A stretch of DNA of 64,000 bases from Bacteroidota bacterium (lineage in GTDB: Bacteria > Bacteroidota > Ignavibacteria > Kapaibacteriales > Kapaibacteriaceae). A program made the position numbers and the translations under genes. Location of the stretch: NCBI GenBank assembly GCA_039795225.1, contig JBDKEN010000001.1:85610-149609 (forward strand), written 5' to 3'. Below are positions 35,601-42,767 of the stretch, piece by piece. Every line of letters starts with the position of its first letter. Position 1 is the first letter of the stretch. A model generated the notes under the pieces. The model made no database searches, had not been told where the DNA came from, and worked only from the letters and a program-made list of their open reading frames with translations.

Positions 35601-37443
35601 CCTGACCCATGTTTCGGAGGGTGTCAACCTCGAGCACAGGGACAAGCACGCGACGAACAACATTCCATGCTGACTGCGAGAAGACCACGCCGGGCTGCTG
35701 GCGGAAGGCTGCTGAAGAGGGATTCGGGACCTCTGCGGCAGCAACAACGTACATGATGCTGTCACCGCTCACCCATGGTATTGATGCGGTCCATTGATCC
35801 GCCGGCGTAAAGATTTGTGATGGACCGACCACTTGCGTCCACTGTCCAGATGTTGTGCGTGCCCAGACGAAGATTCCATCGGCACCCTTCGTCCCACGAA
35901 CGGTAACAGTTGTTTGTGAGCGATCGAGGAACTCCATCGAAACGCCTGCCCATGCTCCTGCAACACCGCGCACTGGTCCATCAACTCGCACACGCCCCTT
36001 GCCTCCGGTGAGATGTCGTGTTGCAGCAGAACCAGCAGCATCAAATCCACCATCAACGTCAACAACAACATCCTCTGGGAATGACAGCCGACTGCGTGCA
36101 CCGGCGATGACTCCACCGCCAGATCCACAGCCGCCCTGTAAGTCCTGCCGAGTAGGAATTCCTCCTCGTGCAACGAGGCGGATGTTCGACAGCTCGCGTC
36201 CGTGAATGCTCATCGCACCACCACCACCACCACCGCCCGCAGCGATTGATCGCGTTACATCAGGATTGCCCCCTGCCCCACCGCTGCCACCGGCAAGAGG
36301 CACGAGCTGGACGTTGCCAACCTCGATGCCACCGTTGCTAAATGAAGATTCCGTTTCACCAGGCGTCGAGTAGCCACCAGCCCCGCCGCGTCGGCCCTCC
36401 TGTGAGCCCGATCCTCCGCCTGCTCCGCCAAGGGTCTGGCAGGTGGTACGTTCTCCACAACCTGTGCCGCTTGATCCAAACGGATGACCTGTTCCTCCAC
36501 CGGCATTTTCGTGCGACGTTGTCGACTCGCCGCCACGTGTGCCATTGAGCGATGGAGAGCCCGTCGTGTTGGTTGACGATTGAGGAAGTGCAGCACCTGT
36601 GCCGACACCTGGTGTGCGCTTGGTGCGTGCAAAATTGTAGCCGCCCGGGCCGCCGCCCGTGAATCCATCGCCACCATCCGTTCCTGCCTGCCCACTAAAA
36701 TTGAGATTCACATAGGCACCAGCTCCACCGCCACCGCCGGGTCCGCCCCGAATTCCTGCCGCACTCACAGAGATCTCTGTGGCGATCTGATCCGCAACAC
36801 GTGGTGCACGAATAGGGCCAATCGCGTACAGCGTCAATGGAAGGTAACCTTGGTTACCATTTGTGCTCTGGTCACAATCATTCGTGGAAACCTGGTAAAG
36901 CGCCGATGCAGCCAGGACGAGCGAGTCAACAATCATCGCCCCTCGACGTGATCGGCGTCCGAGTGCCCCCTGACCGAAAATCCTATCAGACAAGGATGCA
37001 ACCGAGCCGAGTGGCCAGGGCTTGACGATGTAAAAGGTGTCGATCGGAGACGCAACACCATTAACAACTACCCTGATGGGAATCCGGAACTCGGACCGCA
37101 GCTTTGTCCAGTCATGATCATTCGGCTGCACCTCGGGGTTCACAAAGGCAACCGTTGAAATGAGTCGACCAGACCAGCTGACATGAAGTGGACCGAATGT
37201 GAGCTTTGACATATCCGACGGTCGAGCACACTCAACACGTACGGCATCGCCCGGATTGTTGAACGACGTACCGTCACTGCCGAAGCTTCCTGTGGCCGTT
37301 GCTGGCGCGACAATCTCGAGCACGCTGCCCATGCCAGGAGCACCGATGTCAGGCAAGATGTACGACACCACCGGCTGCGCATCGAGATGCACGGCCACGA
37401 CCCAGAAAAGAATGCCCACGGCGATGATGGCACGACGCATCAT
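32677..37443 (-). CDS. Giant secreted surface protein (1588 aa): IPT-like N-terminus, Gly-rich segment, multiple Ig-like (ASH / choice-of-anchor-D-like) repeats, cohesin-like module, T9SS-like CTD
   Basis: Uninterrupted ORF with signal peptide MMRRAIIAVGILFWVVAVHLDAQ. A Gly-rich block spans aa ~230-485. Repeated FG.V..G......F.N.G...L.I-type modules occur, e.g. GQFGDVRLGDRRESVFELRNTGTSDLDI and VDLGSVRVGSSRSVSFSYTN. The C-terminal ..LVSGVYQLILETPSRRRVLPLSIVR resembles a T9SS CTD. The start overlaps the RidA stop (ATGA). Confidence 0.85.
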   Translation of the reverse strand: MMRRAIIAVGILFWVVAVHLDAQPVVSYILPDIGAPGMGSVLEIVAPATATGSFGSDGTSFNNPGDAVRVECARPSDMSKLTFGPLHVSWSGRLISTVAFVNPEVQPNDHDWTKLRSEFRIPIRVVVNGVASPIDTFYIVKPWPLGSVASLSDRIFGQGALGRRSRRGAMIVDSLVLAASALYQVSTNDCDQSTNGNQGYLPLTLYAIGPIRAPRVADQIATEISVSAAGIRGGPGGGGGAGAYVNLNFSGQAGTDGGDGFTGGGPGGYNFARTKRTPGVGTGAALPQSSTNTTGSPSLNGTRGGESTTSHENAGGGTGHPFGSSGTGCGERTTCQTLGGAGGGSGSQEGRRGGAGGYSTPGETESSFSNGGIEVGNVQLVPLAGGSGGAGGNPDVTRSIAAGGGGGGGAMSIHGRELSNIRLVARGGIPTRQDLQGGCGSGGGVIAGARSRLSFPEDVVVDVDGGFDAAGSAATRHLTGGKGRVRVDGPVRGVAGAWAGVSMEFLDRSQTTVTVRGTKGADGIFVWARTTSGQWTQVVGPSQIFTPADQWTASIPWVSGDSIMYVVAAAEVPNPSSAAFRQQPGVVFSQSAWNVVRRVLVPVLEVDTLRNMGQAQCPGGAVRDTIIVRNPGPDPVRLTGSQIGPLAGFAIDQQPTFPLVLAPFETATFIVSYQVQPGQTGIQRSELRINYNDTYTRIVKLTADATPTMVNYFWRGLRRDTLDIGRVCIGRPLAEQVTIRKTGRPVLTIVSFTSASPAVMSVTGGVPITLRDSISFTQIALTFSAKRVGAQVVPILVRFRECDELDTIFLRHIGVESQINVIGNGQFGDVRLGDRRESVFELRNTGTSDLDITTRPVLPAPFSIVSITPPLPARISPGSSIIIVVAFTPTVVGRSATQMQILADSSLVSCSDSAEILLAGTGITSDIGLSSTSLTYSPVAACDSAQQQVTITNNGKTTFTLLYPPVINGVNASSFTWSGGAQQDTSLRPGASLTYAIQFRGSQGPDGVKSAVFAVRTDDQTIGTISVNLNGQRTSVELLGPRVVDLGSVRVGSSRSVSFSYTNPTLLAIHIVATLVNGGGRVGVNPSQIRIDPGQTRDITYTYLCGAEEDVQDTVLLAIDEPCVDTISVIVRARGGIDQLSASQKLNFGIVSECAKRIDSVIYVNSGAFPIQLIDVVGISGADAAAFRLLNPEVVRAQTLAPGEQRVLRVEFDPSAAADGIKIADVTILAKINDVLVPVICEVKGERRTSLSLNPSSIVFGRVSITSISTQSLVFSNMGTEPLAISSVSLASGPTSAFRVRSNPTTPMTIPPGGTFEVIVDFSPKRQDAYSDGVIITIDQPCPETRVLALSGTGVVIVDVIASLPDLVELPTQRDARIPISAAVSGEATQLDSVSFSMRIRYVSSMFALREVVGGVIHRHETVGGFTVVDLDINNASIASGGSVIAELIGDVTIGPVDSTTLEFERATMRAPNVTARFTTNDGSLVTTLCEAGGKRLITRAGRLRVEVHPNPVGSWSQITTETYERGIHRLILLSLDGGLVSIAQWEHDSTNPVRQHALPFEALVSGVYQLILETPSRRRVLPLSIVR

Positions 37444-37856
37444 ATCGTGGCAACAACCTTCAGCTCAACGGCAATTGGAGTTGGCAGCGCACCAATTTCG
37501 ATCGTCGTTCGGCAGGCATCAACCCCCGAAAAGTGCTCTGCATAGAGACGGTTAAACGTCGGGAAGTCTGCCTTCATGTTGGTGAGATACACCTGTACAT
37601 CGACGATGTTTTCCCACGTTGAACCGGCGTCTTCCAGGATGTATCGGATGTTCCGAAACACACTGAGCGTCTGTGCCTCGATATCGTAGTCGAGGATCTG
37701 GCCGTCCGCTCCGAGCGTAACGCCAGGGATGACCTTCGTTCCGCGCTCACGAGGGCCTACGCCGCTCAGGTACAACATGGTGCCCACACGGCGTGCATGT
37801 GGGTATGCTCCGACGGGCTCAGGCGCCCGCTCGGAATTGATAACAATCTTTTCCAT
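37440..37856 (-). CDS. RidA/YjgF-family enamine/imine deaminase
   Basis: 138 aa with ..APEPVGAYPHARRVGTMLYLSGVGP.. and ..RTTIEIGALP..VELKVVA, typical of the YjgF/YER057c/UK114 fold. Confidence 0.9.
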   Translation of the reverse strand: MEKIVINSERAPEPVGAYPHARRVGTMLYLSGVGPRERGTKVIPGVTLGADGQILDYDIEAQTLSVFRNIRYILEDAGSTWENIVDVQVYLTNMKADFPTFNRLYAEHFSGVDACRTTIEIGALPTPIAVELKVVATI

Positions 37857-37873
37857 TCCTCAATGTGCTGCGT

Positions 37874-39322
37874 TTATGGTGCGATTTGTAAACAGATGTT
37901 TTTTGGTTCCGTGAAAAAGCGTAGAGCCTCGGTTCCCCCCTCGCGACCTACACCACTGTGTTTCATCCCTCCGAACGGTGTTCGCAGATCCCGCATCAAC
38001 CATGTGTTGATCCACACAATGCCCGATTCGAGACGATTTGCCGTGCGATGCGCACGATGAACATTTGTCGTCCAGATACTCGATGCCAGACCGTAGACAG
38101 TGTCGTTGGCCATGGCGATCACCTCATCTTCGCTATCGAACGCTATAATCGTTGCAACAGGACCAAAGATCTCTTCGCGGTTGACACGACATTGCTGCGG
38201 TAGTCCACCGATCAGTGTTGGTTCGATAAAGAAACCGCCTGCGCATCGTCCCTCCAGATGCACACGGTGTCCGCCCGAGAGGATAACTCCTCCCTCCTGC
38301 TTTGCCAGTTCGATGTATCCGAGAATTTTCTCCATGTGTGCAGCATTCACCACCGCGCCCGTGCGCGTGTCTGACTCGAGTGGATCACCAACAACGAATC
38401 GCTGCGTCTCGGCAATAAGTGCTGTGGTGAAGGCTTCCAGAATCGTCCGCTGAACGAAGATGCGCGAGCCACACAAGCAGATCTCACCCTGATTTGTGAA
38501 GGCCGCACGGGCCACGTGACGTGCCGTTGACGCAATCTCAACATCGTCGTACACGATTGTTGGATTCTTGCCTCCCAGCTCAAGTGAGAGCTTCTTGAAC
38601 ATTGGAGCTGCCGTTGCCGCAATGGCTTTGCCGGTAACAGTTCCCCCGGTAAAGGAAATTGCCTTCACCTCTGGGTGTTCGACGATTGCCTGCCCGCATT
38701 CAGGTCCGTAGCCGTGCACAATATTCAACACGCCCGGTGGCAGACCTGCATCCATGCAAATCTGCGCAAGAAGGAAAGCCGTCATCGGGGTTAGCTCACT
38801 TGGCTTTGCCACCACGGTGTTTCCTGCTGCCAGCGCGGGTGCAATCTTCCACGTAAACAGATAGAGTGGCAGGTTCCATGGAGATATGCATCCAACAACG
38901 CCAAGGGGCCGCCGGATGGTGTAGTTGATGACATGCTCGTCCGTCTGGTGCGCGTCGGTATGGGTGTGGAGGATCTCTGTGGCGAAGAACGCCATGTTGT
39001 CCACCGCACGGGGGATATCGACGCTTTTTGACAACCAAAGGGGCTTTCCCTGATCGTTTGTCTCGGCGAGTGCGAGATCGTCAAGGTGCAGCTTGATACG
39101 CCGGCTGATCTCCAGAAGGACCTCCGAGCGCCCCTTGGCGGGCAAGGATGACCATGCAGGAAATGCTTCCTGGGCAGCACGGACGGCGTCGGCAACATCA
39201 CGTGCGTCACTGCGGGAAATACGTGCGTCGACCTGACCGGTGGATGGATTGATGTTCTCAATCCACAGTCCCGAATGAGGATCGCAGTAGTGTCCGCCGA
39301 TGTAGTTTCTGATATGCAACAT
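37874..39322 (-). CDS. NAD(P)-dependent aldehyde dehydrogenase (resembles the hydroxymuconic/aminomuconic semialdehyde dehydrogenase clade)
   Basis: ATG at 39322 (MLHIRNYIGG..) gives 482 aa. It carries ELGGKNP, the catalytic Cys in GEICLCGSR, and EEIFGPV. The track's longer start at 39439 overlaps the xer gene. Clade assignment is from memory only. Confidence 0.9.
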   Translation of the reverse strand: MLHIRNYIGGHYCDPHSGLWIENINPSTGQVDARISRSDARDVADAVRAAQEAFPAWSSLPAKGRSEVLLEISRRIKLHLDDLALAETNDQGKPLWLSKSVDIPRAVDNMAFFATEILHTHTDAHQTDEHVINYTIRRPLGVVGCISPWNLPLYLFTWKIAPALAAGNTVVAKPSELTPMTAFLLAQICMDAGLPPGVLNIVHGYGPECGQAIVEHPEVKAISFTGGTVTGKAIAATAAPMFKKLSLELGGKNPTIVYDDVEIASTARHVARAAFTNQGEICLCGSRIFVQRTILEAFTTALIAETQRFVVGDPLESDTRTGAVVNAAHMEKILGYIELAKQEGGVILSGGHRVHLEGRCAGGFFIEPTLIGGLPQQCRVNREEIFGPVATIIAFDSEDEVIAMANDTVYGLASSIWTTNVHRAHRTANRLESGIVWINTWLMRDLRTPFGGMKHSGVGREGGTEALRFFTEPKNICLQIAP

Positions 39323-39341
39323 ACCGTTACCCTTAGACTTA

Positions 39342-39349
39342 CAAAGATA
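39342..39349 (-). promoter_or_regulatory. Candidate -7 promoter box TATCTTTG upstream of the aldehyde dehydrogenase gene
   Basis: The + strand CAAAGATA is TATCTTTG on the - strand, 19 nt before the ATG at 39322. It lies inside the 31-nt divergent gap to the xer gene. Confidence 0.4.
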
Positions 39350-39353
39350 TCGT

Positions 39354-40271
39354 ATGTTTGGTGAAATGGACCTGAGAAGCGCCATACGGTCATTTCTTTC
39401 CACACTCGATGTGGAAAAATCTGCAAGTCGGCACACCACGATGACCTATGAAACGGCACTCGACCAGTTCTGTGTCTATCTGGCCGAATTCGCCGATCCG
39501 CTCCCCAATGTTGATGAGATAACAGAGGCGGACATCCGTCCGTTCCTTGGATGGCTGCATGACAGGGGGCTTGGCAAGACGTCCATCCGGTTAAAGCTCG
39601 CAGCCGTTCGCAGCCTGTTTCGCTTTCTACTCCGCAATGGTGTCATCGACCGAAATCCAGCACGTTTGCTGGCCTCACCCAAAACATCGCGCCCCTTGCC
39701 CTCGTTCATCAATGTGCACGAGGCATCACGTCTGTGGGACGGGTTCGACCGCGACAGTGTCAGTGGTCTGCGTGATAGGGCCCTGTGCGAACTGCTGTAT
39801 GGATCAGGTTTGCGTATCAGTGAAGCTCTTGCGCTGGACATTCATCAGGTTGACGCTGCGAGTCAGTCCATCAAGGTAACCGGGAAAGGCGCAAAGCAGC
39901 GTATTGTGCCGTTAACACGTGAAACCATTGATGCTGTGCGCTCCTACCAGGAACGACGACTCGAACTTCAGCCGGCCAGCGACGAACTGGCACTGTTTCT
40001 TGGCGACCGTGGCAAACGCATGACAAGCTCCTCCGCGTGGCGAATCGTGCGCCGGGCCCTAGGTCCAGTTACCGAGGCACGACGGAAGAGTCCACACGTG
40101 CTGCGTCACTCCTTCGCAACGCATCTGCTTGATAACGGGGCAGACCTCACAGCTGTCTCTGATATGCTTGGGCATTCATCCCTGTCAACCACACAGATTT
40201 ACACCCACGTGAGTGTTGAGCGCCTCAAAGAAGCGTACAAACGCGCTCATCCACGTGGCTCGCATTCGTAA
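39354..40271 (+). CDS. Tyrosine recombinase XerC/XerD family
   Basis: 305 aa with a SAM-like N-domain. Catalytic motifs are LYGSGLRISEAL, HVLRHSFATHLL and LGHSSLSTTQIYTHV. Confidence 0.9.
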   Translation: MFGEMDLRSAIRSFLSTLDVEKSASRHTTMTYETALDQFCVYLAEFADPLPNVDEITEADIRPFLGWLHDRGLGKTSIRLKLAAVRSLFRFLLRNGVIDRNPARLLASPKTSRPLPSFINVHEASRLWDGFDRDSVSGLRDRALCELLYGSGLRISEALALDIHQVDAASQSIKVTGKGAKQRIVPLTRETIDAVRSYQERRLELQPASDELALFLGDRGKRMTSSSAWRIVRRALGPVTEARRKSPHVLRHSFATHLLDNGADLTAVSDMLGHSSLSTTQIYTHVSVERLKEAYKRAHPRGSHS

Positions 40272-40290
40272 CCACCTCATCACCTCCTCT

Positions 40291-41253
40291 ATGCGCATAT
40301 CCGTCATCGGCACTGGACACCTCGGAGCGATTCATACCAAGCTTCTCACACAGCACGAGGATGTAACACTCGCCGGCATCGTTGATCCCAACCCCGAGCG
40401 CGGTCGTGAGATCGCCACGCTATATAACGCGCAGTGGTTTCCGACGATTCAGGCCATGCCCGATGTCGATGCCGTCATCATTGCCTCGCCAACGTCCACG
40501 CACTTCGATGTTGTAACCGAATGCCTGGCAAGGGGCTTCCATTGCTTTGTGGAAAAGCCGGCAACAGCTACCTATGACGAAGCGCAACAACTTCTTGCTC
40601 AGCTTGAAGGGAGCAACCGCATTGTGCAGGTCGGACATGTCGAACGATTCAATCCTGCGGTACGTGCGCTGGCGAGTATGTCGATTGAACCGCTCTTTAT
40701 CGAGATACACCGATTAGCCCCTTTCAAGCCCCGGGCAATTGATGTCAGCGTGATACACGATCTGATGATTCATGACATCGACCTTTTGCTCTGGCTCACG
40801 TCATCAACCGTCACAGATATTCAGGCAACGGGTGTGAGTGTTCTTACGCAGACCACTGATATCTGCAATGCGCGACTCACCTTTGCCAACGGCTGTGTTG
40901 CGAACGTAACCGCTTCGCGGATTACGGCAACACCGATGCGGAAACTGCGCATCTTTCAGCGCGATCGGTATGTCTCGTTGGATCTGGCGGCCGGAGCAGC
41001 AGAAATGTATCGTCTGCTGGACAGTTCCTCGATTGATGTCGCCCACCAGACACCCTTGGGAATGGTCACAACCCAACACGGAGATAACGTCATCGTGCAC
41101 GAAACACCGGAGATTTCTCCAACAAATGCCATATTGGACGAGCAGCGGTCGTTCATCGACAGTATTCGGTCGAATACGCCCGTAGCGGTTCGTCTGCATG
41201 AGGGAGCAGAGGCCATCCGCATCGCTGAATGGATTGGGAGTCTCATCTCGTAG
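40291..41253 (+). CDS. Gfo/Idh/MocA-family oxidoreductase
   Basis: ATG at 40291 gives the Rossmann motif MRISVIGTGHLGAIH. The EKP motif (CFVEKPA) is present. Confidence 0.85.
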   Translation: MRISVIGTGHLGAIHTKLLTQHEDVTLAGIVDPNPERGREIATLYNAQWFPTIQAMPDVDAVIIASPTSTHFDVVTECLARGFHCFVEKPATATYDEAQQLLAQLEGSNRIVQVGHVERFNPAVRALASMSIEPLFIEIHRLAPFKPRAIDVSVIHDLMIHDIDLLLWLTSSTVTDIQATGVSVLTQTTDICNARLTFANGCVANVTASRITATPMRKLRIFQRDRYVSLDLAAGAAEMYRLLDSSSIDVAHQTPLGMVTTQHGDNVIVHETPEISPTNAILDEQRSFIDSIRSNTPVAVRLHEGAEAIRIAEWIGSLIS

Positions 41254-41269
41254 CACGAACACACCGCCT

Positions 41270-42730
41270 ATGCGTCAACGTCGCCTCGGTACCCTCATTG
41301 GAATCCTGCTCTGGCTTTTCCTGCAGATAGAAGCACGGTCACAGACCGAGATCAGTGATTACGGCAGATTAGGTCATGCAGCCTTTCTGACGACTACCGT
41401 TTCCGATTATCAGTGCATCGGAATCAACCCGGCAAACCTAGGCTTCTCCCCAGAGCTGGACATTTCCGGAATATCGACACCAATCGCTGCGGGCATGACG
41501 TTCTCACGTCGCCACTGGTCACTCGGAATTGGCCAAGTTGGCATCTCAGCCCGGAGCGACGCGCTCTCAAAGCCTCGTCTGCTGGATTTGCTCTACCAGC
41601 GCGGTTCGGCAACGGCCTTCACGCCACAAGATCAAATTCAAGCTGCACAGGAATTCGCCGATCGCGGCGTGCGCTTCAACATCGACATCCTTGTCTTTGG
41701 CGCTTCCTATCAATCAAAGCGCTTTGGCGGTTTTGGGGTGACTGTTCGTGACCGATTCAATGGCGCATTCAAGCTCAACGCCGACGCCTCGAAGATCATC
41801 TTTCAGGGTCGACGGGCAGACTACTTCGATTCATCGTATACGAACTGGCGCGGAGACACCATTGGTGTTGCACGTCAGCCGCAACTGTTTTCGCAGTTGT
41901 TCGATGGCACACGCCTTGCACTTTCGTGGACCCGGGAATTCAACGTGTCGATTGGAATTCCATTGTGGATTGCAGCTGATCAGCGGCTGTGTGTTGGTAT
42001 GACCGGAAAATACCTGCAGCCGTTTGCCTATCTCGAAGCCAACGCCGGTGGCGGGGCCTTTACTGCGTACAGTGCTCTGAGTCCATGGTTCAACATCAAC
42101 TACGGGAATGCTGTAACACCATCACGCATAGCAGGTACCGCACTTCAACCTGTCGGATTAGGATTCGGTGTCGATCTCGGCATGACATATCAGAGCAAGT
42201 CGATCTCTGTTGCCGTGTCGATCATCGACATCGGAACGATCACGTACAATGGTAATGTCTTTTCTGCTGGAGATACGGTCGTCAATGGACTCGGTACGAC
42301 TGGCTTCGACAGTTACAACTTGTTTGAAGAGGCACCCAAGATTACTGGCGAGGGAAAATACTTTGTCTGGTCAGGCCTGCAGAGCACAGCTGCACCTCTC
42401 CCTACGCGCATGCGCGCCGGTGTGTCGTACTCGGTCGATCCACGACTGACCTTCGGCTTCGATTGCACTGTTCCCATGGGCAGTTCTGGCATCAACCCCG
42501 AAAGCATGATCCTGTCCACAGGGCTATCGGTAAAACCATATCAATGGCTGACGCTTGGAACGGGGCTCGGCACTGGCGATGGAATGGATATCTTCGTGCC
42601 GGGCAGTATCCTGATTAGCATGGGTAAACTGTGGGAGTTCGGCGTGTCAACCTTCGACCTTTCATCCCTGTTCACAGACCGTCTGCCAATCGTCTCGACA
42701 ACCGTCGGATTCGTGCGCCTTCGATTCTAA
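41270..42730 (+). CDS. Putative outer-membrane beta-barrel protein (hypothetical)
   Basis: ATG at 41270 gives a signal peptide (..LLWLFLQIEARSQ). 486 aa, beta-rich with Gly/aromatic alternation. The C-terminal ..VGFVRLRF ends in Phe, an OMP signature. Confidence 0.6.
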   Translation: MRQRRLGTLIGILLWLFLQIEARSQTEISDYGRLGHAAFLTTTVSDYQCIGINPANLGFSPELDISGISTPIAAGMTFSRRHWSLGIGQVGISARSDALSKPRLLDLLYQRGSATAFTPQDQIQAAQEFADRGVRFNIDILVFGASYQSKRFGGFGVTVRDRFNGAFKLNADASKIIFQGRRADYFDSSYTNWRGDTIGVARQPQLFSQLFDGTRLALSWTREFNVSIGIPLWIAADQRLCVGMTGKYLQPFAYLEANAGGGAFTAYSALSPWFNINYGNAVTPSRIAGTALQPVGLGFGVDLGMTYQSKSISVAVSIIDIGTITYNGNVFSAGDTVVNGLGTTGFDSYNLFEEAPKITGEGKYFVWSGLQSTAAPLPTRMRAGVSYSVDPRLTFGFDCTVPMGSSGINPESMILSTGLSVKPYQWLTLGTGLGTGDGMDIFVPGSILISMGKLWEFGVSTFDLSSLFTDRLPIVSTTVGFVRLRF

Positions 42731-42767
42731 ATGATGGAGCCAACATCGGGAGTTGCACGGCACATCA

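Noticed and set aside
38791-39459. 222-aa minus-strand ORF, and the 39439 start of the ALDH ORF
   Set aside because: The 222-aa ORF is out of frame within the aldehyde dehydrogenase gene. The extended ALDH start would overlap the xer gene and add a non-homologous leader. ATG 39322 with an upstream TATCTTTG box is preferred.
39354-40271. Tyrosine recombinase as a marker of an integrated mobile element
   Set aside because: It has full XerC/XerD-type motifs and length. I saw no adjacent tRNA, direct repeats, excisionase or phage/ICE genes, and it is flanked by metabolic genes. Most likely the housekeeping dimer-resolution recombinase.
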